Source: Rhodobacter capsulatus SB 1003 (lineage in GTDB: Bacteria > Pseudomonadota > Alphaproteobacteria > Rhodobacterales > Rhodobacteraceae). From it: DNA of 32,000 nucleotides. Shown piece by piece: positions 1 through 10,123 of the stretch. The translations under genes were made by a program, and so were the position numbers. The stretch lies in NCBI RefSeq assembly GCF_000021865.1, contig NC_014034.1, forward strand, positions 1,560,001-1,592,000, given 5' to 3'. The notes below the pieces were generated by a model. The model was not told the DNA's origin, searched no databases, and worked only from the letters and a program-made list of their open reading frames with translations. Numbering within the stretch: the first letter of the stretch is position 1; each line of letters begins with the position of its first letter.

Positions 1-1806
1 GTGGGCGGTCAGGGCGGGGCGCCGACGATCCGCGGTCAGGACAGCGAGGGGCCGAACTCGGGCGCCACCGCGTTTTTCGGCGGCACCGTGCCGCGCATGG
101 CGGTCAGCGTCGACGGCCATTACCTGACTTATAACGAGCTGGTCTGGAGTTCGGCGGCGATCTGGGACGTGGACGGCATCGAGGTGTTCCGCGGCCCGCA
201 AACGGTGGCCCAGGGCGCCAACAGCATTGCCGGGGCGATGATCGTCACCACGAAAGACCCGAGCTTCACCCGCGAGGGCGCGGTGCAGCTGCAATATGGC
301 AGCGACAACCGCCGCCGCGTCTCGGCGGTGGTGTCGGGGCCGGTCGCAACTGATCTGGCGGCGCGGCTTTCGGTCGATTACTCGGCCCGCGACACCTATA
401 TTTCCTACACCAACCCCGCCTTTGCGCTGGGGGGCACCGATCAGGATTTCGACGCGAAGACCCTGCGCTTCAAGCTTTTGTGGCAGCCTGCGGGGCTTTC
501 CGGGTTCGAGGCGAAGCTGAGTTTCGCCCATGTCGACACCAGCCGTCCGACCTGGGAAGCGGCGATGGCGCCTTATGAGGATCTGGAAAGCACCGTCACC
601 GGCAACCCGAGCTGGGACCTGCGCAGCAATGCCACCGTGCTGGATCTGAGCAAGGATTTCGGCAATGGCGTGAAGATCGTCAACAGCTTGCGCGTCGCCG
701 ACGTGCAGACCTCGCGGATCACCGAGCCGGTGACCTCGGGCAGCGCCGAAAACGATCAGGACATCGTCTCGAACGAGACCCGGCTGACCTTTGGCGACGA
801 GATGGCGACCTTCAGCGGTCTGGCGGGGCTTTTCCTGTCCTCGACGAAGACCGACGAGACGCTGAACCTGCGCGGCTCGACCGTCTTTGAGGATGAAAAG
901 CGCAGCGCCGGGGTGTTCACCGAGCTGAACTATCGCTTTGCCCCCGACTGGATGCTGACCGGCGGGCTGCGCTATCAGCGCGACGACGTGGAGCGGCGCG
1001 GCACCACCAGCTTCACGCCCGAGGTGCTGGATTACGACCGGAGTTTCGATGCCTGGCTGCCGAAGCTTGCGCTGACCCATGACCTGAACGACACCACCAG
1101 CATCGGCGCGATGGTCAGCAAGGGCTACAACCCGGGCGGGGTGACGCTTGGCTTCGTGTCAAGGCAATATGTGACCTTCGAGCCGGAAACGGTCTGGAAC
1201 TACGAGCTTTTCGGCCGCACGAAGCTGTTTGACGAGCGGCTCGACCTGACCGGGAACCTGTTTTACAGCCGGATGAAGAATGCGCAGCGCTATGTGACCT
1301 CGGTGATCGAGGGCGGCTATACCGATGCGGTGACCGTCAATGCCGACAAGGCGGAATCCTACGGGATGGAGCTGGGCTTCAGCTTCGCGGCGCGCGACGA
1401 CCTGACCCTGCGCGGCAATCTTGGCCTTTTGCACACCGAAATCGTCAGCTTCGAGAATGCGCTGGCCGATTACGAGGGGCATGAATTCGGCCGCGCGCCC
1501 AGCCGCACGCTCAGCCTTGGTGCGGATTGGGCGATCCGTCCCGATGTGACGCTGGCGGGCACGGTGCGTTACACCGACGCCTATTTCTCGGATGACACCA
1601 ATGCGACGGCGCTTTTGATCGACGCGCATACCGTGGCCGATGCCCGGGTGACCTGGACCCCGCGCGAGGATCTGTCGCTTTTCGCCTATGTGAACAACAT
1701 TTTCGATGATCGTTCGGTGACCAACCTGCGGTCGCTGCAGGGATCGCTGCAGGGCACCGTGGTCGATCCGCGCTCGGTCGGCGTCGGCCTGAAGATGACC
1801 TTCTGA
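1..1806 (+). CDS. TonB-dependent outer-membrane receptor, C-terminal ~600 aa (5' end outside window; the GTG at base 1 is a window artefact)
   Basis: Frame open from base 1 to TGA 1804-1806. Plug-end motif IEVFRGPQTVAQGANSIAGAMIV, long beta-barrel-like sequence, terminal ...GVGLKMTF aromatic residue typical of the family. Confidence 0.9.
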   Translation: MGGQGGAPTIRGQDSEGPNSGATAFFGGTVPRMAVSVDGHYLTYNELVWSSAAIWDVDGIEVFRGPQTVAQGANSIAGAMIVTTKDPSFTREGAVQLQYGSDNRRRVSAVVSGPVATDLAARLSVDYSARDTYISYTNPAFALGGTDQDFDAKTLRFKLLWQPAGLSGFEAKLSFAHVDTSRPTWEAAMAPYEDLESTVTGNPSWDLRSNATVLDLSKDFGNGVKIVNSLRVADVQTSRITEPVTSGSAENDQDIVSNETRLTFGDEMATFSGLAGLFLSSTKTDETLNLRGSTVFEDEKRSAGVFTELNYRFAPDWMLTGGLRYQRDDVERRGTTSFTPEVLDYDRSFDAWLPKLALTHDLNDTTSIGAMVSKGYNPGGVTLGFVSRQYVTFEPETVWNYELFGRTKLFDERLDLTGNLFYSRMKNAQRYVTSVIEGGYTDAVTVNADKAESYGMELGFSFAARDDLTLRGNLGLLHTEIVSFENALADYEGHEFGRAPSRTLSLGADWAIRPDVTLAGTVRYTDAYFSDDTNATALLIDAHTVADARVTWTPREDLSLFAYVNNIFDDRSVTNLRSLQGSLQGTVVDPRSVGVGLKMTF

Positions 1807-1937
1807 CCGACAGCCCGGCCCCGGGACGATCTTCGGGGCCGGGCGCCGCCACCCTGCGCGGCGCCCGCAGGCGCGGGCTCTGTTATCGGTGAAGGCCCCC
1901 CTCGGGATCTCCGCGCCGGGGCAAAGGGCAGGGAAAA

Positions 1938-1968
1938 GGGCGCCCGATCCGAGCGCCCTTTGCTTTTA
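1938..1968. terminator. Bidirectional intrinsic terminator between the convergent receptor and M20 peptidase genes
   Basis: GGGCGC (1938-1943) / GCGCCC (1953-1958) stem with 9-nt loop. TTTGCTTTTAT follows on the plus strand; the A-tract on the other side reads as TTTTCCC on the minus strand. Confidence 0.55.
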
Positions 1969-2013
1969 TCTTGCCTCAAATATCCCACGGGGGTGCGGGG
2001 GTGTGAAACCCCC
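1962..2013 (-). repeat. Intergenic repeat, copy A (read on minus strand: GGGGG-N7-CCCCC-GCA-CCCCC-GTGGGA-TATTTG-AGG-CAAGATAAAAGC)
   Basis: Same block architecture as 15668-15717 on the plus strand. Both copies lie just downstream of a gene's 3' end. Confidence 0.5.
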
Positions 2014-2025
2014 GCCGCCGCCCGG

Positions 2026-3402
2026 TCAGCCCGCGATGCGGTCCAGAATCCGCGCCCAGCTGCGGATGCCCTTGTGGAAGCTCTCAAGGTCATATTTCTC
2101 GTTCGGGCTGTGGATCTGGTCGTCGTCCTTGCCAAAGCCGATCAGCATCGCATCCATGCCAAGGATCTCCTTGAAATAGCCCGCAATCGGGATCGAGCCG
2201 CCGCAGCCGACGAAAGCCGCGGGCACGCCCCATTCCTCGGTCAGCGCCGCGCGGGCGGCGTCAAAGGCCGGGTCGTCGATCGCCATCACCGAGGCGGGCG
2301 AGCCGTTCGGCGCCTTCCAGTCGAGCGTGACATCGGGGGGCAGCTGCGCCTCGATCCAGGATTTGAACGACGCCAGGATCTTTTCCGGGTCCTGATGCGA
2401 GACCAGCCGGAAGCTGACCTTGGCGCTGGCCTCGGCGGGCAGCACGGTCTTGAAGCCCGCGCCGGTATAGCCGCCCCAGATGCCGTTGATTTCCGCGGTC
2501 GGCCGCGACCAGATCTGTTCGAGCGGCGTGCGGTCCACCTCGCCCGCGGGCTGGCTCAGCCCGACCCCGCCCAGAAAGGCGGCATGGTCGAAGCCCAGCC
2601 CCTGCCACTGCGCGCGCACCTCTTCGGGCAGGTCGGCCACATCGTCGTAAAAGCCCGGCACGGTGACGCGGCCCTGATCGTCGTGCAGCTGCCCGAGGAT
2701 GCGGGTCAAGACCCGGATCGGGTTGATCGCGGCGCCGCCGAAGCTGCCCGAATGCAGGTCCTTGTCGGCCGCCTTCAGGGTGAATTCGATCTTCGCCAGC
2801 CCGCGCAGCATCGTCACCACCGCGGGCACCTTGTCGGCGAAAAGCCCGGTGTCGCAAATGAGCGCCAGCGAGGCCTCGCCCAGCTCCTCGGCATTGTCCT
2901 TCATGAACGGGATGAGCGAGGGCGAACCCGATTCCTCTTCGCCCTCGAAAAAGATCGTCAGATTGCCGGGCAGGGTGCCATGCACCTCTTTCCAGGCCCG
3001 GCAGGCCTCAAGGAAGGTCATCAGCTGGCCCTTGTCATCGGCGGCGCCGCGGCCGCGGATCACCACGCCCCGGGCCGTTTCCTCAAGCGCCGGATCGAAG
3101 GGGTCGCGGTCCCACAGGTCAATCGGATCAACGGGTTGCACGTCGTAATGCCCGTAGAACAGGATGTGCCGCCCGGGGCCCGCGTGCCGCGCCACCACCA
3201 TCGGATGGCCGGGGGTGGGCCGCGCCGAGGCGGTGAAGCCCAGCGATTTCAGCTCCTGCACCAGCCAGGCGGCGGCGCGGGAACAATCGCCCTCGAAGGC
3301 GGGGTCGGTCGAGATCGAGGCGATGCGCAAAAGGTCAAGCAACCTGTCGCAGGCGTCGGGCAGAGTGTCGTCGATACGGGCAAGAACGGCGTCGAGTGTC
3401 AT
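2026..3402 (-). CDS. M20/M25/M40 family metallopeptidase (dipeptidase / deacylase-like), 458 aa
   Basis: ORF 2026..3612 trimmed to the ATG at 3402 (MTLDAVLARIDD...), which follows a GGAGG RBS. Family-typical motifs FYGHYDVQP and RGAADDKG. The upstream ORF extension is Arg/Pro-rich junk. Confidence 0.9.
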   Translation of the reverse strand: MTLDAVLARIDDTLPDACDRLLDLLRIASISTDPAFEGDCSRAAAWLVQELKSLGFTASARPTPGHPMVVARHAGPGRHILFYGHYDVQPVDPIDLWDRDPFDPALEETARGVVIRGRGAADDKGQLMTFLEACRAWKEVHGTLPGNLTIFFEGEEESGSPSLIPFMKDNAEELGEASLALICDTGLFADKVPAVVTMLRGLAKIEFTLKAADKDLHSGSFGGAAINPIRVLTRILGQLHDDQGRVTVPGFYDDVADLPEEVRAQWQGLGFDHAAFLGGVGLSQPAGEVDRTPLEQIWSRPTAEINGIWGGYTGAGFKTVLPAEASAKVSFRLVSHQDPEKILASFKSWIEAQLPPDVTLDWKAPNGSPASVMAIDDPAFDAARAALTEEWGVPAAFVGCGGSIPIAGYFKEILGMDAMLIGFGKDDDQIHSPNEKYDLESFHKGIRSWARILDRIAG

Positions 3403-3629
3403 TGAAGGGCCTCCATGGGCAAAGCCTAGCAGCGCTTGCCGGGCATGGCCAGAGCCCGGGGGGCAGGGGGCAGGGCGCCGCATCGGGCGCGCAAGAAAAT
3501 GATGCACCGGGATGCGACAATTTAGAACTCCCATTTTTTGGGCGATGCGCGTAAACCTGTGCGCGCCGGACAGGGCCGAAGAGCCGACCCGGCAAACCAC
3601 AACCAGCAGCAAAGCCAGGGGTGACGCAC

Positions 3630-4859
3630 ATGGACTACAATCTCGCGCTCGACAAAGCGATCCAGAAACTCCACGACGAGGGACGTTACCGCACGTTCAT
3701 CGACATCGAACGCGAGAAGGGCGCCTTCCCCAAGGCGCAGTGGAACCGCCCCGATGGCGGCAAGCAGGACATCACCGTCTGGTGCGGCAACGACTATCTG
3801 GGCATGGGCCAGCACCCGGTCGTTCTGGCCGCGATGCATGAGGCGCTGGAAGCGGTCGGGGCCGGTTCGGGCGGCACCCGCAACATCTCGGGCACCACGG
3901 CCTATCACCGCCGTCTGGAAGCCGAGATCGCCGATCTGCACGGCAAGGAAGCGGCGCTTGTCTTCTCCTCGGCCTATATCGCCAATGACGCGACGCTCTC
4001 GACGCTGCGCGTGCTTTTCCCCGGCCTGATCATCTATTCCGACAGCCTGAACCACGCCTCGATGATCGAGGGGATCAAGCGCAATGCCGGGCCGAAGCGG
4101 ATCTTCCGTCACAATGACGTCGCCCATCTGCGCGAGCTGATCGCCGCTGATGATCCGGCCGCGCCGAAGCTGATCGCCTTCGAATCGGTCTATTCGATGG
4201 ATGGCGACTTCGGCCCGATCAAGGAAATCTGCGACATCGCCGATGAATTCGGCGCGCTGACCTATATCGACGAAGTCCATGCCGTCGGCATGTATGGCCC
4301 CCGCGGCGCGGGCGTGGCCGAGCGTGACGGTCTGATGCACCGCATCGACATCTTCAACGGCACGCTGGCGAAAGCCTATGGCGTCTTCGGCGGCTACATC
4401 GCCGCTTCGGCGAAGATGGTCGATGCCGTGCGCTCCTATGCGCCGGGCTTCATCTTCTCGACCTCGCTGCCGCCGGCGATCGCCGCTGGCGCGCAGGCCT
4501 CGATCGCGTTTTTGAAAACCGCCGAAGGGCAGAAGCTGCGCGACGCGCAACAGATGCACGCGAAGGTGCTGAAAATGCGGCTCAAGGCGCTGGGGATGCC
4601 GATCATCGACCATGGCAGCCACATCGTTCCGGTGGTCATCGGTGACCCCGTGCACACCAAGGCGGTGTCGGACATGCTCCTGTCGGATTACGGCGTTTAC
4701 GTGCAGCCGATCAACTTCCCGACGGTGCCGCGCGGCACCGAACGGCTGCGCTTCACCCCCTCGCCGGTGCATGACCTGAAACAGATCGACGGGCTGGTTC
4801 ATGCCATGGATCTGCTCTGGGCGCGCTGTGCGCTGAATCGCGCCGAGGCCTCTGCCTGA
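3630..4859 (+). CDS. hemA: 5-aminolevulinate synthase (PLP-dependent), 409 aa
   Basis: [29 protein letters not shown]... recognised as Rhodobacter ALA synthase. Alpha-oxoamine synthase family PLP-lysine context ([10 protein letters not shown]...TLAKAYG). Start taken at the ATG at 3630, not the GTG at 3621. Confidence 0.97.
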   Translation: MDYNLALDKAIQKLHDEGRYRTFIDIEREKGAFPKAQWNRPDGGKQDITVWCGNDYLGMGQHPVVLAAMHEALEAVGAGSGGTRNISGTTAYHRRLEAEIADLHGKEAALVFSSAYIANDATLSTLRVLFPGLIIYSDSLNHASMIEGIKRNAGPKRIFRHNDVAHLRELIAADDPAAPKLIAFESVYSMDGDFGPIKEICDIADEFGALTYIDEVHAVGMYGPRGAGVAERDGLMHRIDIFNGTLAKAYGVFGGYIAASAKMVDAVRSYAPGFIFSTSLPPAIAAGAQASIAFLKTAEGQKLRDAQQMHAKVLKMRLKALGMPIIDHGSHIVPVVIGDPVHTKAVSDMLLSDYGVYVQPINFPTVPRGTERLRFTPSPVHDLKQIDGLVHAMDLLWARCALNRAEASA

Positions 4860-4965
4860 GCCATTCTGCGGATGCACCGCCCTCGGGATTATGCTAGGGA
4901 TTCGTCAAGAATTCGGGACCGACAGGTTCGAATCGGACAAACCACACCGAGGGCGGGACAGGCAG

Positions 4966-6192
4966 ATGATCAGGTGGAAGGGCAAACCTTCGACGCAGGT
5001 TGAGGCCGCGCAAAAAGGCTTTGACGACTTCGACATGAAGCTTGGCGACATGCTTCGCGGCGAACGTGCGACCCTGTCGAAATCGCTGCTTGATGTGCAG
5101 CGCGAGCTGCGCATCAAGGCGGTCTATATTGCCGCCATCGAAAATTGCGACCCCAGCGCTTTCGAAAGCCCCTCCTTCATCGCGGGCTTCGTGCGGTCTT
5201 ATGCGCGCTATCTGGGGCTGGACCCGGACTGGGCCTTTGACCGCTTCTGCAAGGAATCGGGCTTTACCCCCACGCATGGCCTGGCCGCTGCCGCCTCGGG
5301 GCCGAAAGCACCGCGGCGCACCGCCGATCTGGCCAGCTCGCTGGCCAATCCCAATGCCTCCTTCATCCCGAAACAGGCGCCGATCTGGACCAAGATCGAC
5401 CCGCGCGCGGTGGGTTCGCTGGCCGTCGTGGTGATGGTCGCGGGCGGCATCGGCTATGGCGCCTGGTCGGTGCTGCAGGAAGTGCAGCGCGTGCAGCTGA
5501 CCCCGGTCGAACAGGCCCCGGGCGTGGTGGCCGAGATTGACCCGCTGCAGCCCGTCGCCCCGGTCGAGATGGCCTCGGCCGCCGATGTCCTGCCCGCCGA
5601 CGTGTTGCCCGATGCCGCCACCGAAGAGGCCTTTGACCGGCTTTACCGCCCCGCCGCGCTGGAAACCCCGGTGCTGATCGCCCGCGACGGTCCGATTGCC
5701 GCGATCGACCCGCGCGAGGCAGGTGTGCTGCCCGGCACGGCGCAGGCGATGACCAGCGCGCCGATGGTTCTGGCCGAGGCCGGGCCGACCCCGGCCGAGC
5801 CCGGTCAGCTGCCGGTCGTGCATGCGCTGGGCGCCGAACCCGCCGAGGTCGAGGTGCTGGCGGTGCGGCCGTCCTGGGTGCGGATCACCGCCTCGGACGG
5901 GTCGGTGATCTTCGAAAAGGTGATGGATGCGGGCGAGCGTTTCGCCGTGCCGAAGCTGGAAGAGCCGCCGAAGCTGCGCACCGGGGAATCGGGCGCGATC
6001 TATTTTGCGGTGAACGGCGTCGCGCATGGGCCGGTGGGCTCGAAGGGCGCGGTGACGAAGAATGTCGAGCTGTCGGCGCAGGCTTTGGGCACGGCCTATG
6101 CCGTGGCCGACATGGCCGCCGATGGCGATCTGGCGAAGATGGTCGCGGTGGCCGATGCCTCCTCGGTCGTGCCGGGAACGCCCGAGCAGTAA
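4966..6192 (+). CDS. rodZ: RodZ-like cytoskeleton protein (N-terminal HTH, Pro/Ala-rich linker with TM segment, C-terminal DUF4115-like domain)
   Basis: HTH region [34 protein letters not shown]...[18 protein letters not shown]-terminal [27 protein letters not shown]. Conserved rodZ-ispG synteny. Start at 4966 (MIRWKGK) is a best guess. Confidence 0.75.
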   Translation: MIRWKGKPSTQVEAAQKGFDDFDMKLGDMLRGERATLSKSLLDVQRELRIKAVYIAAIENCDPSAFESPSFIAGFVRSYARYLGLDPDWAFDRFCKESGFTPTHGLAAAASGPKAPRRTADLASSLANPNASFIPKQAPIWTKIDPRAVGSLAVVVMVAGGIGYGAWSVLQEVQRVQLTPVEQAPGVVAEIDPLQPVAPVEMASAADVLPADVLPDAATEEAFDRLYRPAALETPVLIARDGPIAAIDPREAGVLPGTAQAMTSAPMVLAEAGPTPAEPGQLPVVHALGAEPAEVEVLAVRPSWVRITASDGSVIFEKVMDAGERFAVPKLEEPPKLRTGESGAIYFAVNGVAHGPVGSKGAVTKNVELSAQALGTAYAVADMAADGDLAKMVAVADASSVVPGTPEQ

Positions 6193-6216
6193 CAGTCTTT
6201 CGAACGCGACAAAGCG

Positions 6217-6238
6217 GCCGTTGCCCTTGGGCGACGGC
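6217..6238 (+). terminator. Weak hairpin between rodZ-like and ispG (possible attenuator or partial terminator)
   Basis: 9-bp stem (one G-U pair) with CTTG loop, followed by CTGACCTATTTG. The U-tract is poor. Confidence 0.3.
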
Positions 6239-6275
6239 TGACCTATTTGTGGGGCAGCTGAACGGAGGCCTTCCC

Positions 6276-7397
6276 ATGTCGCTCAATCCCCATCGTCCGT
6301 GGCGGAACATCACCCGCCGTCCCTCGCGCCAGATCTGGGTCGGCAAGGTGCCGGTGGGCGGCGATGCGCCGATCTCGGTGCAGACGATGACCAACACCAT
6401 CACCTCGGATGTCACCGCGACGCTGGGGCAGGTGCTGCGGGCGGCCGATGTGGGCGCCGACATCGTCCGGGTCTCGGTCCCCGATGAGGATGCGACCCGG
6501 GCACTGAAGGAAATCTGCCGCGAAAGCCCGGTGCCGATCGTGGCCGACATCCATTTCCACTACAAGCGCGCGATCGAGGCGGCCGAGGCGGGCGCGGCCT
6601 GTCTGCGCATCAACCCGGGCAATATCGGCGATGCGGCCCGCGTGCGTGAGGTGATCAAGGCCGCCAAGGATCACGGCTGCTCGATGCGGATCGGGGTCAA
6701 TGCCGGGTCGCTGGAAAAGCACCTTCTGGACAAATACGGCGAGCCCTGCCCGGAGGCGATGCTCGAAAGCGGTCTCGATCATATCAAGATCCTGCAGGAC
6801 AACGATTTCCACGAATTCAAGATCTCGGTGAAGGCCTCGGACGTGTTTCTGGCCGCGGCGGCCTATACGGCGCTGGCCGAGGCCACCGATGCGCCGATCC
6901 ATCTGGGCATCACCGAAGCCGGGGGCCTGATGGCGGGCACGGTGAAATCGGCGGTGGGGCTGGGCAATCTGCTTTGGGCCGGGATCGGCGACACGATCCG
7001 CGTCAGCCTTTCGGCCGATCCGGTCGAAGAGGTCAAGGTCGGCTACGAGATCCTGAAATCGCTGGGCCTGCGCACCCGCGGCGTGCAGATCATTTCCTGC
7101 CCCAGCTGCGCGCGGCAGGGTTTCGACGTGATCAAGACCGTCGATGCGCTGGAAAAACGCCTTGAGCATATCAAGACGCCGATGAGCCTTTCGATCATCG
7201 GTTGCGTGGTGAACGGCCCGGGCGAGGCGCTGATGACCGATATCGGCTTCACCGGCGGCGGCGCGGGGTCGGGGATGGTCTATCTGGCGGGCAAGCAAAG
7301 CCACCGGCTGTCGAACGAGCAGATGATCGACGAGATCGTGCGGATGGTCGAGGATCGCGCGGCGCAGATCGCGGCCGAGGAACAGGCGGCGGAATGA
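6276..7397 (+). CDS. ispG: 4-hydroxy-3-methylbut-2-en-1-yl diphosphate synthase (MEP pathway), 373 aa
   Basis: Start at the ATG at 6276, 7 nt after GGAGG. Motifs [17 protein letters not shown] and [10 protein letters not shown] (Fe-S cysteines) typical of IspG/GcpE. Confidence 0.95.
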   Translation: MSLNPHRPWRNITRRPSRQIWVGKVPVGGDAPISVQTMTNTITSDVTATLGQVLRAADVGADIVRVSVPDEDATRALKEICRESPVPIVADIHFHYKRAIEAAEAGAACLRINPGNIGDAARVREVIKAAKDHGCSMRIGVNAGSLEKHLLDKYGEPCPEAMLESGLDHIKILQDNDFHEFKISVKASDVFLAAAAYTALAEATDAPIHLGITEAGGLMAGTVKSAVGLGNLLWAGIGDTIRVSLSADPVEEVKVGYEILKSLGLRTRGVQIISCPSCARQGFDVIKTVDALEKRLEHIKTPMSLSIIGCVVNGPGEALMTDIGFTGGGAGSGMVYLAGKQSHRLSNEQMIDEIVRMVEDRAAQIAAEEQAAE

Positions 7398-7419
7398 CCC
7401 CCGCCTGAAGGGCCTTCAC

Positions 7420-7443
7420 GGCGCGTCCCGAAAGGGGCGCGCC
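7420..7443. terminator. Hairpin terminator between convergent ispG and serS
   Basis: GGCGCGTCCC-GAAA-GGGGCGCGCC: 10-bp stem (one G-U) with GAAA tetraloop, followed by GTTGCGTTT on the plus strand. Confidence 0.6.
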
Positions 7444-7451
7444 GTTGCGTT

Positions 7452-8741
7452 TCAGACCAGCGCGCCGTTCACCAGACGGGTCTTGCCGCCCAGATAGGGA
7501 TGCAGCACGGCGGGCAGGGTGACGGACCCGTCCTCTTGCTGGCCGTTTTCCAGCACCGCGATCAGGCAGCGCCCGACGGCGAGACCCGAGCCGTTCAGCG
7601 TCGCGACGAAGTCGGGTTTGCCGCCCGCGGCGGGCTTGTAGCGCCCGTTCATCCGCCGCGACTGGAATTGCCCGCAGGTCGAGACCGAGGAAATCTCGCG
7701 GAAGCAGTTCTGCCCCGGCAGCCAGACTTCAAGGTCATAGGTCTTTTGCGACCCGAACCCCATGTCGCCGGTGCACAGAACGATGCGCCGATAGGGCAGG
7801 CCAAGCGCCTCCAGCACGGCTTCGGCGCAGCCGGTCATCCGTTCGTGTTCGGCCAGCGCATCCTCGGGGCGGCAGATCGTCACCATCTCGACCTTCTCGA
7901 ACTGGTGCTGGCGCAGCATCCCCGCCGTGTCCTTGCCCGCCGAGCCCGCCTCCGAGCGGAAGCAGTTCGTATGCGCTGTCATCCGGCAGGGCAGGGCGGC
8001 CTCGTCCCAGATCTCATTCGCGATGAAGTTGGTCAGCGTCACCTCGGCGGTCGGGATCATCCACCAGCCATCGGTGGTCGCATAGCTGTCCTCGGCGAAT
8101 TTCGGCAGCTGCCCGGTGCCCAGCATCGCCTCGGCGCGGACCAGAACCGGGGTGATCGCCTCGGTCAGGCCGTGGCTGTCGACATGCAGATCGAGCATGA
8201 ATTGCGCCAAAGCGCGATGCACGCGGGCGACGCCTGCGCGCAGCACAACGAAGCGCGCGCCCGAAAGCTTCGCCGCGGTTTCGAAATCCATCGCCTTGGC
8301 CACGGCGGAAAGCTGATAATGTTCAAGGGCTTTGAAAGCGAAGCTCGGGATCGTGCCCCAGCGCTTCACCTCGACATTGCCCGCCTCGTCGGCGCCTTCG
8401 GGCACCTCGGGCAGCGGCGCGTTCGGAATCAGCATCAGCCTGTCGCGCAGCTCGGCATCCAGCCGCCCGGCCTCGGCTTGCATCGCCGCCACTTCGGATT
8501 TCTTTTCCGCCACCAGCGCCCGCAGCCGTTCGAATTCGGCCTCGTCGCCCTTGGCCTTGGCGGCGCCGACCTCTTTCGCGGCGGCATTTTGCGCCGCCTG
8601 CGCGGTCTCGGCGGCCAGGATCGCGGCGCGGCGCCGCTCGTCCAGCGCCAGCACCTCGGCCGAGAGCGGCGGCAGGCTGCGGCGGGCCAGATCGGCGTCG
8701 AATTGGGCGGGGTTGTCGCGGATCGCGCGGATGTCGTGCAT
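7452..8741 (-). CDS. serS: Seryl-tRNA synthetase, 429 aa
   Basis: ORF 7452..9095 trimmed to [21 protein letters not shown] (ATG at 8741). N-terminal coiled-coil arm plus class II core ([29 protein letters not shown]). Confidence 0.95.
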   Translation of the reverse strand: MHDIRAIRDNPAQFDADLARRSLPPLSAEVLALDERRRAAILAAETAQAAQNAAAKEVGAAKAKGDEAEFERLRALVAEKKSEVAAMQAEAGRLDAELRDRLMLIPNAPLPEVPEGADEAGNVEVKRWGTIPSFAFKALEHYQLSAVAKAMDFETAAKLSGARFVVLRAGVARVHRALAQFMLDLHVDSHGLTEAITPVLVRAEAMLGTGQLPKFAEDSYATTDGWWMIPTAEVTLTNFIANEIWDEAALPCRMTAHTNCFRSEAGSAGKDTAGMLRQHQFEKVEMVTICRPEDALAEHERMTGCAEAVLEALGLPYRRIVLCTGDMGFGSQKTYDLEVWLPGQNCFREISSVSTCGQFQSRRMNGRYKPAAGGKPDFVATLNGSGLAVGRCLIAVLENGQQEDGSVTLPAVLHPYLGGKTRLVNGALV

Positions 8742-8996
8742 GGGGCTCACCTGTCGCAAGGGGTTGGCTTCGCGTTTAGCACAATTGCGACCCGAGAAAA
8801 GCCCCGCCCGCGTTTCGGCGCCGCCCTGGCGATGCTCTCTCTGGCCAAGGCCATCGCCTTGGCCATGCGGGGCCGTGATCCCGGGACCGCCCGAGTGCCC
8901 AAAGCACTCGGGCAGCGCCCGTCCCGCCCCTGGCGGGCGCTTCTCGCCCGCCGGGCCGGGCGCTGCCCTCTGTCGTGCTTGCGGAAACGGTCCCGG

Positions 8997-9067
8997 GGCA
9001 GGCGGTGCACGGGCGGGCGGGGAAACGCGGATCGCGTTCCGGTCCGCCGCACCCTGCCGCGGCTTTT
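8997..9067 (+). terminator. Long composite GC-rich hairpin followed by CTTTTC (terminator-like on plus strand; nothing annotated upstream on that strand)
   Basis: GGCAGG..GTGC (8997-9008) pairs with GCAC CCTGCC (9049-9058). Inner GGCGG/CCGCC pairing and an AACGCG-GAT-CGCGTT hairpin. TTTT at 9064-9067. Confidence 0.4.
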
Positions 9068-9082
9068 CGGAAGATTTACGGT

Positions 9083-9111
9083 TTGACATATTCACAACTC
9101 GGAATGTAAAT
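9083..9111 (+). promoter_or_regulatory. Candidate sigma-70 promoter of the RND efflux operon
   Basis: Consensus -35 TTGACA (9083-9088), a 17-nt spacer, then GTAAAT (9106-9111, weak -10). Lies 35 nt upstream of the adaptor start codon. Confidence 0.35.
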
Positions 9112-9145
9112 GGATCGGACAGGCTGGCAAAAGGGAGATGCCGCG

Positions 9146-10123
9146 ATGAAAGCTTTCGTCCTTGTCCTGGCGCTTTGCGCGCTGGGGCTGCCGCGACTGG
9201 CCCTGGCCGAGGCCGCCTTTGCCGTGGCGCCGACCGAGGTTACCGACTGGAAGACCGTCTATGGCCAGATCGCGGCCAAGGACATGATCCCGGCGCGGGC
9301 GCGGCTGGGGGGCACGCTGGTGTCGCTGAGCGTGACCGAGGGCGATCTGGTCACCGCCGGGCAGGAACTCGGCAAGGTCGTCGATGCGAAGATCGCCTTT
9401 CAGATCAATGCCATCGACGCGCAGATTGCGGCGCTGGAAAGCCAGCTTGCGAATGCGCGCGCCGATCTGACCCGGGGCGAGGCGCTGAAGGCGCGCGGCG
9501 TGATGACGGCGCAGGCCTATGACGCGCTGCGGACGCAGGTCAGCGTTCTGACCCAGCAGATCGAGGCGCAAAAGGCCTCGCGGCAGGTGACGGAACAGCA
9601 GGCGACCGAAGGCGCGGTGCTGGCGCCGATCGCGGGGCGGGTGCTGGAGGTGCCGGTTGCGCGCGGCGCGGTGGTGATGGCGGGGGAAACCGTGGCGACG
9701 GTGGGCGGCGGCGGGGTGTTCCTGCGGCTTTCCGTGCCCGAACGGTTCGCGGCCACGCTGCATGCGGGCGATGCGATCACCATCGAGACCGGGGGGGCCT
9801 CGGTCGCGGGGACCCTGGCCAAGGTCTATCCGACGATTGCCGGAGGGCGTGTCAATGCCGATGTCGAAGTGCCTGATCTGAAATCGGATTTCGTGGGTGA
9901 ACGGGTGCTGGTCAAGCTGCCCTTGGCGCGTCGTCAGGCCTTCATCGTGCCCGCGCGCCTGTTGCACACCCGCTCGGGGCTGGATTTCCTGCGCGTCCGG
10001 GCCGCCGATGCGGTGACCGAGCGCGCGGTGGTTCCCGGCCCGAAACAGGTGATCGACGGGGTGGAGATGGTCGAGATCGTCTCGGGCCTCTCGGGTGGCG
10101 AGGAGGTTCTGGGCGATGAATGA
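9146..10123 (+). CDS. Efflux RND periplasmic adaptor subunit (membrane fusion protein, HlyD-like), 325 aa
   Basis: Start at [23 protein letters not shown] (signal peptide), 7 nt after GGGAG. Coiled-coil hairpin region ([19 protein letters not shown]...) flanked by barrel-sandwich segments. Confidence 0.9.
   Translation: MKAFVLVLALCALGLPRLALAEAAFAVAPTEVTDWKTVYGQIAAKDMIPARARLGGTLVSLSVTEGDLVTAGQELGKVVDAKIAFQINAIDAQIAALESQLANARADLTRGEALKARGVMTAQAYDALRTQVSVLTQQIEAQKASRQVTEQQATEGAVLAPIAGRVLEVPVARGAVVMAGETVATVGGGGVFLRLSVPERFAATLHAGDAITIETGGASVAGTLAKVYPTIAGGRVNADVEVPDLKSDFVGERVLVKLPLARRQAFIVPARLLHTRSGLDFLRVRAADAVTERAVVPGPKQVIDGVEMVEIVSGLSGGEEVLGDE

Noticed and set aside
3403-3629. Search for FnrL (TTGAT-N4-ATCAA), CrtJ (TGT-N12-ACA) and RegA sites in the hemA / M20-peptidase divergent region, which has an A/T-rich patch at ~3497-3545.
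   Set aside because: I found only a TGT-N9-ACA (wrong spacing), a lone GCGAC half-site (3514-3518) and a weak TTT-N13-AAA dyad. hemA is known to be under complex redox/heme control, but I cannot place any site with confidence from sequence alone.
8747-9052. 101-aa minus-strand ORF, and an 85-aa plus-strand frame starting at ATG 8832, in the serS / RND spacer.
   Set aside because: Both translations are extremely Arg/Pro-rich with no motifs or RBS. The region is better explained as structured non-coding DNA.
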